Below are positions 35,905-50,302 of a DNA stretch of 64,000 nt, piece by piece. The position numbers and the translations under genes are program-made. Location of the stretch: contig MU058065.1 of assembly GCA_013265495.1 (NCBI GenBank), positions 1,710,364-1,774,363 of the forward strand, in the 5' to 3' direction. The notes under the pieces were generated by a model. That model saw only the letters and a list, made by a program, of their open reading frames with translations. It made no database searches and was not told the origin of the DNA. The first letter of the stretch is position 1, and each line of letters opens with the position of its first letter. Source of the DNA: Vicugna vicugna (lineage: Eukaryota).

Positions 35905-38900
35905 AACATATGTCATGTAATATGTTGATAATGTGATGTTCTGTTCTGGAAGTGATGAAGTGCAGGCATGACCAGCCTTCAGGGTTCTCTGCGGGAAGCC
36001 ACTTGCCCTCATCCAAGGCTCATATCCTGCCTGCCTGCTTACACATACACTTCACCAGAGCCACACTGTTCTTCTTGCTTAAAAAAAAAAAAAAAAAAAA
36101 ACATTTTGTGCTTCCACGTTTTCTCCAACCACATAAACCCAACCCACATACATCAGGACCCAGCTGGATCCCCACTTGTGGTGGACGCTGTGATAGTACA
36201 GTCAGATCCACCCTCTGGGACAGACGCCCACCCCACCGTTGCTAGCACTCTGGCTGCTGATGGCTCTCCACTGAGCTTCTCTCGCCCAAGGTCACATAAC
36301 CAGCCCAGAGCAAGCTCACGTTCAATGGTTGGTTGATGGTGGGAAGTACAAAGGCCAGGCCTCACTGCCCCAATTCAGGACAGCTCTGAAGGGCCAGCCA
36401 TGTTCCCCAGCTCTGACCGAGATCAACTTGCAACTGCATCACTGTTCAGCCCCTCCTTCTGCCCATCCTTTCAGGAGGATTCCCAAAAGGGGCAGATTCC
36501 CAGTACATTTCCTGAATGTGTATCTCCATGTTAAAGTCTGTTTCTTGGTAAATAGATCAAGCCAACAGGTCTTCCGGAAGCTTGGCCTACGACCCCAGCT
36601 CACCTGAATTTCCAGTCCTCTGCCCCTCACTGGCCCACATGCCTGGGTCACCCATAGCCCTCTTCATAATCACATTGTCAGCTATCATCTCATGTGTCTG
36701 CATTTTCTTTCCAACTCTGTCATGGCCTGCTTGAAGGCAGATTGTGTCTTAATCTTCTTTGTGGTCTTGGCAACTCAAATTATTGACCTGCGTTTCAGAG
36801 TCTCATTTCTCAAAGTTCAGTTGGAATGGAGCCGTTCCAGAGAAGATGCTTGGCCAGGGAACAGGGAACAGAGGGAGAAAGAGCAGATTGTGGGAAGATG
36901 GATTGGGAGCCAGAAGTCATTGTAGGCACTAGTGTCCTTAGATCTCTTTTACTAGGAGACTTTTTTTTTTTTTGAAAATATCAGCATTTACTGCTTTTTA
37001 AGTTTTTTTTTTTTCTTTTCAGTTCTCAGCCTTAGCAGGGTTTTGCCACCGAAGAATCTGGCACCGGATGCGTACATCTGTAGGCGAAACTCAGGCAGAA
37101 TTATTAACAACAAGGACTTTTTATCTGGAAGCTTCCCAACTCCTCTTTGCTTCCAGCTGCATTATACCCTCGTGCCCTCCCCATCACCCAGTTACTAATG
37201 TTTTCTCACTGCAGTCCTTCCTCTAGCCCTGCACCCAGTCCTTAAGCAGAATCCCCACCCCTTCTCCATCTGTGTTTATCTTGCTTCCAAATGGATTCTA
37301 ATTCAAATACCAACTCCAAGCAAAGCTAGGTTGTTGCCTGGGATACTGGGTTGAGAAGGATTACGTGAGGCCATCTCAGGTCCCAGGAGGGCTGAGCACC
37401 TGACGGTGCACTGGGCCCTGGAGCTGGGACCGCCTGCCTAATTGCTGTGCCTTAGCCAGCCCAGCGTGAAGCCTGCTGAAAGCTAGTCCCAAGCTGCCGC
37501 GAACTATCGATCCAATGGCTGATTATAGGAAGGAGTGCCATGGCTTCCTAGGACAATTAGTATCTCCAGAAGATAATCTCTAACTTGAAAGAATGAATTT
37601 CTAACTGTTGGGATTTCAGGTCTTCAGATATTCTGCCACTAAACATCTTCCTCCACCCAACCCCTCTCCTCCATCTCACTAAAAAGCAATCATCTCTCTC
37701 TCGGTCTGATGTGGCCTCTGAACCTATTCAGTTAACTCCCCATATCCAGGTAAAATAGCAAATGAGTTACAGGGAGCCATATCTGGTTATGGTCTGAAGG
37801 CTCAAATAGGCATGCCCTTGGGTCAATCACTTTAACTCTCTAAGAGAGGGATGTGATTGCTACTGAACAAGTTGTTCTGAAAATTGGATGGGGAAAAAAC
37901 CCAGATGTGTGGGTACTTTGCAGAGTGGTGTGCATACATGGCTTACGTTAATTGAAATTTTTCAATTAGCAGTCCTGGCAACTCACTTTATTTTCTTTCC
38001 CACATGGTTCCAAAGCAATCAACATCTGGTTCTCCTGGTTCTCAGACAACATCCAAGGTCTAATGGTTACTGAGACAGACACATATGTATAATGCCAATA
38101 AAAGAAGTTTGAGAATACTAGAAAGTTAATATGAGATCTTGAATTTTTAAGAGAGTGAAAAGAAATTTAAGAAGCGGTAAGAGCTGTCTAGTCTTGGTGA
38201 GCCCTCTGCAGCTCCACCCTGGTTATGTCCTGAGATTTAGTACGAAGATCCATGATCTGCTTAGAGAACAGAGTCGCATCCTGACCAGAGTTTCATTTGC
38301 CTGAGATGGAACATGAGGGTTGATTTATCTATGGGCCCATGAGAAGAAGTGCTATGAATAGAAGACAGATAAGCAGATAAAGATGTTTGGGTTCAGAACC
38401 TGGGTAATGAAAGTGTTCCAGGTGAATTACAGAGATGGGGAGACATCAGCCATATAAAGAAATCCCCACGGAAACTCGAAACTCTTTTGCCTTCCCCTTG
38501 CCCCTTGATGTTCCTGTCGGGAATGCATGCAGTTGGGGGTGGGAGGTAAAAGAAGAATCATCTGATGGAGAGATCATAAGTCACAAGGCTCAGGAGAGAT
38601 GCTACAGTGAACACATACAGTTGATCTGAGAGGAATCAGGAGTGAAGGGCAAATTCAAACCTGCCAAAATGGGGTTCATGAAGGTCATTTGGAGAAGGTA
38701 GTGGTGACTGAGCCTGAGTAATTGAAGAAAGGTTTACAAAGAAGAGCTTTAAATAACACTAATGTCAAGGATTCTCCAGAAGAATCTGCTTATAATTTTC
38801 TTACATCATTAATATTAATACCCAACTCTAAAGCCATTGTTTCTTGGATGTAGTCCTAATGTATAAAGCATATTTACTTTTGAAACTCATGACTTTCCCT

Positions 38901-41059
38901 GTGTTTCATTGAAAGCAATACAACTGTAACTGTAAATATAGAGTAGGTGGACTTTTTTAAGTGATAAATAAGACAGTGGTATTTGCAGGATGTTTTAATA
39001 AATGGGATGGCCCATGACTGAGGAAATCTCTTTCATAATGCTTGCATGAAAATTAGTGAGTTCCTTTCGATTTCTATGGGACTTACCTTCAGCAATGTTG
39101 TTTTTCCCTTTGGATGAGCAATTTCTTTTTAAGAAATAAAGAATCACAAGTAAAGTTCTAGAAATCAATTTCAATCAGTTTAATGACAACAACAAAAAGG
39201 AATTTTTGCTTTTTAACAAAAGTCAAGTCGACTGGAAATTCAGCTTGAAAAGTCTCTGGAGTGTTCTATGAAAATCTTTCCAACCAGTGACCCAAGCCAG
39301 AGCAGAGGCCTTTCATCACCTCAGCTCAAAAACACTCTTCTGGGTCCCTAAAGTCAAACTGGCCCACACGTTCTCTTGAGTGGTTTCCAGTTTTCAGCCT
39401 ATCCCTTCTGAACAGCTGAGCAAAAGACACTGCTGCCTAAATTTTATTGAACGGGTTATTTCTCAGCTAAAGGATTTGGGAGTATGTGAGCCCTTACTTC
39501 ACCTTCCACATTGAGAAGGACTCAAAAATAAGATTCCTTCCCAGAAAGAAACTGTTTCCATTGGGATTTTAAGCCCTAGAATTACAGATGATGATTTAAA
39601 ACAATCTTTACTCTTTTTTTGAGGGATCTTGGTTTAGATACTAAGGATTTTTATAGTTACTAAGGGGCAAGTTGAGGAAGAGGAATAACAGCGTTTTGTA
39701 AACCAATATTCACTCCTTCTGTAGTATAACTGGGGTGTGTAACTGTGCTAACAGAGTCAGAGACTCTCTTCAAAGAAGCAGAGCTCCTTCCTCCATCTTC
39801 CTTTTCTGTCTTGCTGCTGGTCCTGCTTGGAGTGAGTCAGAGCCCCAAGATGGGTTGGGTAGGTGCCACACCCTTGAAATGGGGATTTCCTAACATCACA
39901 CACTTGGCAAAAATGAAATGGGATGTTGAAAATATGCATGAAACAGAAATGAAGTTAGCCCAGCAAAATAAAGCAACACTTCCCTGACTCCCGGGCAGGT
40001 CACCAGCCCTGGGGAGTCTGAGGTTTCCCATCGGCAAAATTTCCCGTATGATGAAGCATCTGTTTGTTTCTGGGAGCTATCATGGTAACATTATTTTACA
40101 CCTCTCCAAAGAGCTTCCATTTGGCTTTATTCACAGGCACATCATGAACAGTTGGAATTTCATCTCAAGTTGTCTGGAAGATAACAGGATGCCTTAAGTT
40201 GGAAGAATGGATTTTAATACTCTGGTCACTATCGATTTTTCTACACTCATGAAATATGCAGCTTTTCTTCTCCTTTCAACAGAAACTGAGAAAGAGTAAC
40301 TTTGACAAAAATGCAAGGCCCCTGGAGGGCTGTGTAGCTGAAATTCAGTTTCCTCTTCTGGAGGCCATGGAAGCGGCTCATGGCTGGAATTACAGATAAC
40401 TGCCCCATTCTCTCACTTCAGAAATGGCTTTGAGTGCAGTGCTTATCTTGGGTAAAAACTATACTTTATCTTATAATCAATTTCATCTTTTTATTGGAAT
40501 TAGCAACGTATACCCTTTGAAGTCTAAATATTAGCATATTCTCATTTTAAGAATTAGTAGTAACATTTTCCTTGTCAGAATTCCCTACTGATATTTTCTG
40601 TACTGTGATATCTTGACATTTGAATATGCAATTCAAGTCAGATCTGAAAGACTTCCTATACAGCAGTCCATTGCCAAAGATTGGCAGCAAACACTTTCTC
40701 CTGGTCTCATACAGCCGAGGTGTTGCATGATTCAAGAGAAATCCATAGAGGGAGACAGAAAAAAATAGTTGAAGCCAAGCATGTAACTCCTGGAAGTCAG
40801 ACTGCATTTTGTGTGCCTTTGGATTCCAGAGGCTAAGTAAAGAGCCTGGCATATCTCAGTCAACACTGGCCAGATACAAGGGTAAATGAATAAATACATG
40901 AATCCAAGAAGCTCTCAAGGTTAGACTTCTGTGAGCAATTGCACACTGACTAATGACTCTAACCTCCCTACCCATACCAATTAAGTCAGAATGGATATTG
41001 GTTTTTAGCATGCACTCTGGAGCAAATATGGAACCCCAGCCCATCTGCTATTGCCTAGG

Positions 41060-41235
41060 TGGTGTTGAGTGAATATCCTCACTGAGCCTCAGTTTTATCA
41101 TCTGTAAAATGGCAAAAATCAATACACTGATTTCACAGGGTTGTTAAGAGGATTAAATGAAAGGAAGAACAGAAAGTACTCAGCACACAGCCTGGCAGCA
41201 TTAAGCACTCAGTATCTGTGAACTGTAATTATTAA
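41060..41235 (+). mobile_element. MIR SINE
   Basis: ctgagcctcagttttatcatctgtaaaatgg...cagggttgttaagaggattaaatga MIR core. Confidence 0.8.
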
Positions 41236-42163
41236 CATCATACCAAACAAGCAATCCAAGTGAGAAGCTGGGGGTTTTGACTTTATTTTAAAATAATATT
41301 TATTAAAAGAATGATTGAAATAAATGAATAACTAATGAATGCATAAACTAGGAAATGGGTAATTCATGTTGCTTCCTTATGTGGTCACTAGTGAACACCT
41401 TGTACCAACTGGAAGCCTCACGTGGCTTCTCTTTCTGCCAGATGGCTGAGGACAGGGCCATATCTTCTCTTTCCAGAGGCTGCTGGCATTAGCACACTCC
41501 ATACTGCAGGTACTCACAAAGTGTTATTCAAATAAATACTATTTATTATCTGCCTCTATCCCTAAAGAAAGATGCTACCTATTGGCTTAGCTTTAGTTAA
41601 ACCCTCAGAAATTGCCCATAAAAGACAAAATTAGCATAATCACTGACAAAAGAAATGAATACAGAAAAGGTGTACTTTCTAAAGTCTAGCTGATGAAAGA
41701 TTTATTTGCTCAAAAATGTTTCTTTTTTTAATTAGTGATGTCAAAAATAATTTAGCATAGATTTTGCCTTTTGTTAGAGAACCAAAAACATTTGGAAGAT
41801 GTGAGGTTTGATAGTATTATAAATGCCGAGAAGCTATATAAAAACCAGAAGACTGACGTATAACCCTGACCTGCTGCATGTTTCAGAAGCTGAGATAGGA
41901 GACACGTTGAACTGATTAATATTCACAGGAATACTTTACTGTAGTTAACACCAAAAACCTGGCTCTAACTATGGCAATAAATGGAATTGAGCTTTTCAGA
42001 GTAATGCTGTGAAATAATTAGGTAAAAGTATACATATATCATTGTGAAAGAAATGTATAAAACAAAGTTCAAGGGGAGAACATAAAGACATGGGCAAGTG
42101 GGAATAGGGAAAACCTAAAGTAAACTGTTCATTAGTTTATTCTGAAAGCTAACTTGTGTATAA

Positions 42164-42194
42164 ACACACACACACACACACGCACACACACACA
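42164..42194. repeat. (CA)n microsatellite
   Basis: CA run with one CG interruption. Confidence 0.9.
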
Positions 42195-42579
42195 TATACA
42201 GGGAACAGCATGATAATTTTGACTAGACACAAGAACTTATGCAAATCACAGTAAGTGGGAAATAGAAGAAAGACATGAATAGAAAAATGAACTGCTCAAA
42301 CCCGGCTTATATTCTACAGACCGGAGTAAATAGATTGACACCCTGTAGCTCTGCACATGCGCGATCTGTTCAGAGTAATGGCCGAACTTCCTGCCAGAAG
42401 GCTTTCCACTGTACTCCAGTGTAACTCAGCGAGCCTCATGGAATCTACTGTCAACACAAGGCTGATGTTTAAGCTGTGTTCTTCTTGTGGTGCTTTAGGA
42501 GATTTTGAAGTCTATGGGGAAAGAGAGAGGATGGAAAAGAAGAACAGGAGAAAGATAGGGCCAAGGATAGAAATAGGGG

Positions 42580-42810
42580 CTGAATTTACTGAATGTTCAC
42601 CACCTGCATTGCGCTAAGCAACTTTACCTACGTGGTCTCGTTAATCCTCTCAGCACCACTGTAAATAGGTATCCTTCTCATCATTTCGTAGACGAAGACA
42701 TGCAAGTCCAGGAAAGTGGAGAAAATTGGTGCAACATCACAATATAATAGAATAAGAAGCAGAACTAGATTGTGGTCTGATCTGTCTGCCTGCCCACTGC
42801 TGTTCTTCCA
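42580..42810 (-). mobile_element. MIR SINE
   Basis: Diverged reverse MIR core (ttaatcctctcagcaccactgtaaataggtat...catttcgtagacgaaga). Confidence 0.6.
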
Positions 42811-43587
42811 TTTACCACTTGTTTGAATTCGGTTGAAACGAAACCAAAATCCTGCCCGACAAGAGCCCACTCACGCTGGCCATACTGAGCCATTGCCCCC
42901 CACGTCATTAGAAGTTCTTTCTGAGGACATTCCCGATCTCCTGGAGGATGGCAGTCCTGGATGCTAAGTGAGGTTAGAGAGGTGCTGTTGCTCACCCTCC
43001 ATCTCTCTAGGGAAATTCACATAATGGTGTTTTTCAACCAAAATGCCACAGGTCTTTACAATAAGAAATATCTTTTGAGTAAACTCAAATGTTAACATTA
43101 CCTTTATTCTATATCCTTGTTAGGCGAGAAAAGTTTACTTTGAAGGGCAAATTTATCAGCAGAAGGCTGCATGGTGATTATGAAATCCAGTATAGCAGAA
43201 ATGGATATTTTTAAAGATGTTTCATTCCAGCTGAGTCGCATAAAGCCTGCAAAAGAACACTTTGACTTGTTTTATTTGAAAAGTTCTTTTCCCTCTCAAT
43301 GGCACAACTTTCTATAAATCGAACTATTCACATTTACTCCTCTCCCAAGAACTGTGTCCATTACTGAGAAATCATATTTTCCACCACTTTCCTTTTGCCT
43401 GCAGTTCTGGTGACTCTTCTGATTTCTGTTCCTAACTCATTTCTACTTGCATTTCATTTTCCAGTTCTCTTTTGAGATGGGTTCATATTCAATTTCTATA
43501 ACCATTTTGGTTTGTCTCCTGTTGATCTTTGATTTTACATTTATTTGCATCAGAGATGCTTCATTGTTTGCTTCTGAAATTCACATT

Positions 43588-44080
43588 TGTGGCAGAGATG
43601 GCCAACTGCCTTCTCAAGATCCACACTTCTTTCTCAGTAACACAACCATGATTCTATGCAGGACATAAAAAATGCTGAGCCAAAAAAAAAAAAAAGACTA
43701 TACTTCCTGGCCAACTTTGCTGTGCCTGTGTGATTAAGGTCTAGCCAATGAAATATAGATGGAAGTTGTTGGGTGACACACTAGAAAAGCTCTTTGTAAG
43801 TGTAGCAGACAGGTGACCTGGATCCTTTTGGCTCTTCCTCACTTCCTCCCTCCTGCCTGGTATGTGAGCGTGAGTGCCGGCAGCAATCTTGGATTCTGGG
43901 GAAAATTGGTACCCACACGTTGAGAATAGCAGAGAAGGAAAATAGAAGGATGCTGGATCTAAGATGATGATGGAGTGCCATGCTTATTAGAATGCCTGTT
44001 TCTGGAAAGAAAACTTAAAAATTCACCTCATTAACCCAGCATGGTTGTTACTAGCATCATCATGTAATTTCTAACAAATG
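43588..44080 (+). mobile_element. MLT1J-like MaLR LTR
   Basis: tgtggcaga start; taaggtctagccaatgaaatatagatggaagt motif. Confidence 0.6.
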
Positions 44081-44647
44081 TATTCCTTGCAAGATACAGG
44101 GTCCTCTTGAGGTCACCTGTGCCATGTAACTACTTAACCTTTATTTAATCCTTTGAGATATGACCAAGTGAAATATTATAGGGTGTTGAAAGTATTTGGT
44201 TAAAGGCAAATTCTACGGCAGTAAGTTTAAATTTGAATCAAACTTCTAGAATACCACACTATTATAAAATTTGGCAAATAAACATTTCAGTATACAACTT
44301 AACTACCATATTTATTGAAATGCCCATCGTCTCAAGTATTGATGAGGATTTATAAACTGAAAGACAATCATTAAATATTTGACTCATGGCTTATGGACTC
44401 AAGGACTTTGGGTTGGAAGAAACAGCTTAGGAAAAACAGAAGTATTGGTTTATCTAACAAAAAATTCAGTGGTAGAAGAATCTTCAGGATTCTACTTCTC
44501 TTCAGTTTTTAGCTCTAACTTTCCTTTTATTGGCTTTATTCTAAGGCAATCTTTTCCTATATGGCTACAAAGTCAGCCACTAACAGACCCAAGACTCTAG
44601 TTTACTAGTTGAAAAAACCAATAGAAAGAAAACACTTTCCCCCAGAT

Positions 44648-45078
44648 ATGATAGATTAAATTATCATTCAGTAAACACTCATTATTTCCCCTCCAGCTTC
44701 CATGAGACATTTTGATGTTGGTATTAACCATGTGATTTGCTTTGGCTGATAGAATAGTAGTAGATGTAACTGATAGGAGTTAGAGCTGTAATAAGCTTGC
44801 ACGGTGGGACCTGGTTACTTCCACTTCGACTTTTATTATTAGAGGACTAGGCTTTGAGTTGAGTAGCCATTGGAGCAGGGAGGAAGAAAGACACATGGCG
44901 CAGAGCTTGGAAAAACATGCAGCTTGGAGCAAAGTCCAGCCAAATCCAGACTCAGAACAGCCAAATGCCAGCCAGTGATCACACGTGTAAAAGAGAAATA
45001 AGTACTTACTGTTGTATGCAACTAAGATTTGGGGTCCTTTTTCACACAGCATTATGAAGCTTCAGCTAACTAATGCAT
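44648..45078 (+). mobile_element. MLT1H-like MaLR LTR
   Basis: ccatgtgatttgctttggc and gagaaataagtacttactgttgtatgcaactaagatttgggg...gctaactaatgca motifs. Confidence 0.6.
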
Positions 45079-45123
45079 GTGGTGCTTCAACAAAATCCTC
45101 AGACTTTAATCTTAACTCAGAAT

Positions 45124-45487
45124 GGTGGTTCTCAATGTGTGGTCATCAGCGTCTCCTAGGAGCAGCACCAGGATTACCTGGGAACGTGCTGAAAATGCCT
45201 GGGTCTCTCTCCAGACCTATAGAATCATAAGCTCTGAGGCCGGGGACCAGCAATTTTTGTTTTAACAAGCCTCCAAGTGATTCAGAAAGTTTGAAGACCA
45301 CTGACCAAGATCAGATGTCCATCCTTAAACCAATCACAGTGCCTAAGTCATCAGGCCTGGAGCTGTGGGTGCTGAGCAACACGAGGATTATTTAAACCAG
45401 CAGGGCAAGACTTGGGAATGTGCATTTCTAGCAAGTTCTCAGATGCTGATGCTGCTGGTCTGGGAAGCCCGCTTTGAGAATCACCAG
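45124..45487. mobile_element. MER5A-like hAT elements (one near-complete copy and one fragment)
   Basis: gtggttctcaa...cagacctatagaatc...tttaacaagcctccaagtgattc...gaccactg; second piece ends tttgagaatcacc. Confidence 0.65.
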
Positions 45488-46879
45488 GCGAAGAGTGCAA
45501 TAGGAGCAGCTAGCTGGGAAATCAACATTCTGTGAACAAAAGAAAACAGAAGAAGGATGCTGGGTGGCGAGCAAGTGTCAATCACAGCTGAATTTTTATT
45601 AAAAGGAAAAAGCGCTGATAGACAAGATCAGACAATCACCAATATTCTCCAACAATTCTGCAGGGACCGGGAAATCTGGAGCCAAAAGAGAAATCTCATC
45701 TGTCTTCTAGTTCATGAAATTGATTGAGACATGTACTGATTTTTTTGGTCTCTTCAATTTTGTTGAAATTCAATAGAGATCTGAGGAATGAAATAAAAGA
45801 CAGCAGTTTTTTTGCTACAGAGAGCCATATATCATCTCAAATGTGATACGAGTTGCCACACAAATCTTTCTTAGTACAATTCACTGAAGATAAATACAGT
45901 GCTTAAAGAGACAGTTTCTATATATCAAACAATTGAATCATCTTGATCCATTCTCATGAAACCAAGACGATAACTGATAGTTTTGAGCAATCCAAGATAC
46001 AAAATAGAATCAATAGAATCACAGCCCCTGGTTATTGTTGCTATTTTTAATCTGTTCTTGAAACTTGGAAATCAAAGAATTTAGAACCCGAAGTCTAGCC
46101 TACATATTGCATACCACCACACAGTGGGCCACATGCCAACGGGAAAAGTGTTTATTTGCCCCGCACAAAAGTGTTTTTCTTTTCATGGAAATTGCTGCTA
46201 TATTTAAAATGTTTCCCCTTCTCTCGACAAGTTTGAAGATCCAGCAATACATGATGTGGACAAAGGTGTACGTTCCCTCATGGCAAAGTAAATCAGAGCT
46301 GAGCACTGGTTCCCTCCTTTTGAAAGAGTGTGTAATCCTACTCCCTGGTTTGACAAAGACACTCCACTTTGTTGTTTTACAACCAGCCTGCTTCACTCAT
46401 TTACAGGGACTGCCTGGGTCCTGTAGGCATGTAGGTTTGCCATCACTCGTCTAAACAAAGTCCTTTGTTTTAGCAACAAGAACACTGAAGTTCATGGGTA
46501 TGACCAACTTTCATTAACAGTAGCACTTTAGCAGTAGACCAAGTCTGCCTTGTCAGTTTTTTACAGTTTCGGAAAGTAGTCTCTCTTATAGACATTTATT
46601 TACCATAGAAAATGGGATTGAGAAAGTTCACCACTCAAATTCTACCCAGTTAATACTGAGGAAGATGGCTCATTTCACTAGATGGCTAATTTCAGAATCC
46701 TAAAGAATGAAAAATCCATGAGCAATGCAAGAAATATCGGGGACAAGACGTTTAATGTGAAATGAATCATATTCAGATATTGTGGATTTTGTGCCCTCAA
46801 TATTTTCAACTCCTTTGGTGAGAAAGTGGTTCTTTTAGTTAAAAATATTTTTATACACTCATTAGGATGACTAGTGTTT

Positions 46880-47560
46880 AAAAAAAAACAGAAACAAAAT
46901 AACAAGAGTTAGTAAGGTTGTAGGAAAAAAGGAATCTCTGTACACTGTTGATGGGAATGTAAAATGGTGTCACCACCCTGGTAAAAAGTATGAAGGGCTC
47001 TCAAAAAATTTAAAACTAGGATTACCATATGATCCAGATATGGGTATATATTCGACATAATTGAAAACAGGATTGCAGAGAGAGATTTGCACATCCATGT
47101 TCATAATAACGTTACTCAAAATAGCCCAGAGGTGGAAGCCACCCAAGTGTTCACTGATGGATGAAAAGATTTTTTAAATGTGGTATACAGATGTGATAGA
47201 ATATTATTCAGCCTTAAAAAGGAAGGCATTTATGACACATGCTATAACATGGATGAACCTGGAGGACACTGGGCTAAGTGAAATAAGCCAGTCACAAAAA
47301 GACAAACTTCGTATGATTCTGTTTACAGAATGTATTTAGAATAGTCAAAATCATAGAACAGGAGAATGGTAGTTGCCAGGAACTAGGGGAGGAGGAAGTG
47401 GGAAGTGGTTGCCTAATGGGCACAGAATTTCAGTTTTGCAAGATGAAAAAGTTCTGGAGCTTGGTTACACAACAACAAGAAAATGCATAACACTACTGAA
47501 ATGAACAGGTAAAAAATGGTTAAGAGGATAAATTTCATGTTATGAAATAAAAATTTTTCT
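46880..47560 (+). mobile_element. L1 (L1MA/MB-type) 3' end
   Basis: tacactgttgatgggaatgtaaaatgg, atggatgaacctggaggac, ctaagtgaaataagccagtcacaaaaagacaaa. Confidence 0.85.
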
Positions 47561-49229
47561 TTTTGAAAAAGAAATTTCTTAAGTCAAATCTGCTAGGTTT
47601 GGGGGGACCTGGTACAATTATTTCGAAGGCCAGAGTCACAGGATCCAAAGACAAAATAGAGGGGTGACATGTCTCATCCTGCAGAGACTGACTGAGCTCT
47701 CTAGATGTCCTTTGTGGAGGAGAACCTCCATTCACATCCACATAGCTAAGTCAGTTCAAAGACAAAGTCAGGCTCTAAAAAGATCCTCTTGAGTGATGAC
47801 TATTTAGATCCAGAGGACGTATCCTCTAGAGCTGGAGCTGATAAATTTTTAGATTACAATTTTATCTCATTCTGAAAACTACCACAAAAACTTTTGCAGT
47901 TAGTATGTTTCAGATTTACTCTGAAAATAATGTGTTTAAAAATGAGAAGTTCAGCTTTTATAATTAATAAAAGTCAAATATAGAGAGAGTATGAAATACA
48001 TTTTATGATACTGACCTCATCTTTGTCTTAGGATTAAAAATCTAATTTGGGTTTTTAATACTCTGCTTGGTGTAGATGGATTACTCTTATTCACTAATCC
48101 TGAGATCCTTATTCCCGGAATTAACAGTAAGGACCATTATGCCTGGAATTAACAGATCTAGGACTAGATCCAGGATTAACTAGATCATATTTGTAATAGT
48201 TCTGTCTCCACAGAACCATCAATCACTGAGGAAAGGCAAGATCAGTGTCCATGTCCCCAGAGGCAGTCCCAGTGCAAAACACCCTGGGAAAATTTTGAAA
48301 TTGTTGGTCCGTGTTTGTCTATTGAATCAGGCTTTCTGTAAGTTGCTGGTGTGTGTATCATTTTGTCTCATCAACTTTCCACACTGTTTCAGTGCCTCTA
48401 AAAACTGCCAAGGAAAGACCCACTCTGCCAAATGCTCCAAAAGCAACTCAATAGGCTGAGTTTGGTTCAGTGGAGATATTTCATTTGGATCCTCTCTTAA
48501 GAGTCTCTCTTCTCTATGGATACTACTGAGCTGTAAATAGTAGACGTTCAGGCCTATGAAATGGAAACTGGAATCTATCCAGGAAACAGATTAGTCGAGA
48601 GCTCTAGGGCTAGGCCATCCTTAAATACAAACCACAGACTTATCTGAAAATTACAGAGTCACTCTTGTTACATGTATCTTGAAGCTTAGCCACTCCAACA
48701 AACATTATCACGATGTGACTGTACTCCTGTAAATTCTGTGAGTATTGGAGAAAGGACACTGGGACAGAGAGGGGGGAAAAAAAGCAATGAAACTAGTCTT
48801 TGCTCTCCAGAAGTTTATATCTTGGTCAAGGAGATAAACGCTATTTCCATGGTTCCAGAAAAATACATGACAGTATTAAGTGTCAAAAATGTGTGGTGTC
48901 TGCTACCTTTATTAAAAGAATTCAGAGAAGGAAAAGATCAAGTTGATATAGACTATTGAGAAGGGTTTCGTGAACTTGATAGGGTTCCACATGGACCTTG
49001 AAAGAAAGAGGGTATGCAAAATAGAAAGCAGGCCACTTGTACGTCCTCAATTCAGTGCTACAATAAATAGTTCCTATATTTGCTTTATCACATATCTACC
49101 CATCTATTCATTCCTATAACCATCCAAAACTCCATCTCACTTTAAAGATGTATTTTAGGGTAAGTTACTAATATCAGTATATCTCAACCCTAAAAACTTT
49201 AGCATGAATATCATTAGAGTTTAATATTT

Positions 49230-49930
49230 GTTCATAGCTTGGGAGGGATAAAATTTACATAAACTGAAATGCACAAATCTTAAGTGTACTCTTCGATGTA
49301 TTTTGACAAATGCTTGCTCCTGAGTCAGGTAACTCCCTTTTCAAGCCATAAAACATTATCATCACTTCGGAAAGTCCCCTCATGCCCCTTTCCTGTCAGT
49401 CCCCTCTAACTCCCCTGAGCCAACCACTGTTCCAATTTTTTTATCCACCAGTTAGTTTTGCTTATTTTAGAACATCATATAAGTGGAATTATACTCTGTC
49501 TTTTGGGTAAGGCTTCTTTAGAGCATAATGTTTTTAGAATCATTGAAGTTTATGCATGAATCAGTATTTTATTCCTTTTTAGTGCTGAGTGGTATTTCAT
49601 TATGGAAATGTACCATAATTTGTTTATCCATTCTTTTGTTGGTAATCAACTGGGCTATTTACACTTGGGGACTGTTACGAGTAAAGCTGCTCTAAACCTT
49701 TGTGTACAAATCTTTTCATTTCCCTTATGTAAGCACCTAGGAGTAGAATTGCTGGGTCAAATAGTAAAGGTGCATTTAATTTTATTTTTTAAAAAAACCT
49801 ACTAGACCTTTATCCGATTTGATTGCCATTTTATATTCTCACCAGTGATATGTGAGAATCCTGTCTGTTTCACATCCTCACCAATATTTTGGGTTATCAG
49901 TCTTTTTAAGTTTAGTATTTTGATAGATAC
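49230..49930 (-). mobile_element. Old L1 3' fragment
   Basis: Reverse L1 motifs gaaatgcacaaatcttaagtgtac and acctaggagtagaattgctgggtca. Confidence 0.75.
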
Positions 49931-50302
49931 ATCTTTTGCTTTTCTTTTTAATGATGTTATTAGATTCTAGGGCCAAAAATAAGAAGGCAAAAATAACTTG
50001 ACAGCTTATACCAGGACCTCATTTATAACAGAGAACAGACAAAGAATAAAACTGGATGATGGATTTTTAAATTAAATTTTATTCTATAAAACTCTATAGA
50101 CACCCATTAAAATTATATTTGCTTCTGAGAATGCTGGGAGAAGGATGTCATAAAAATACTCAGATACAAATTAATATCTCTTTGCTTTAAAACGAAAGCT
50201 TCTAGAAAAACCTTTGCAAGAATTGTTACAGAAATCACATCTTATTGGGGAGTAGTGGGGGAAAAAAAGCAAGAATGAGATTCACTCATTAAGGATCATT
50301 AC

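Noticed and set aside
48108..48188. Short repeats (ggaattaacag x2, ctagatc x2) loosely resembling a repeat-spacer array
   Set aside because: Only two short degenerate units in a mammalian genome; not CRISPR-like.
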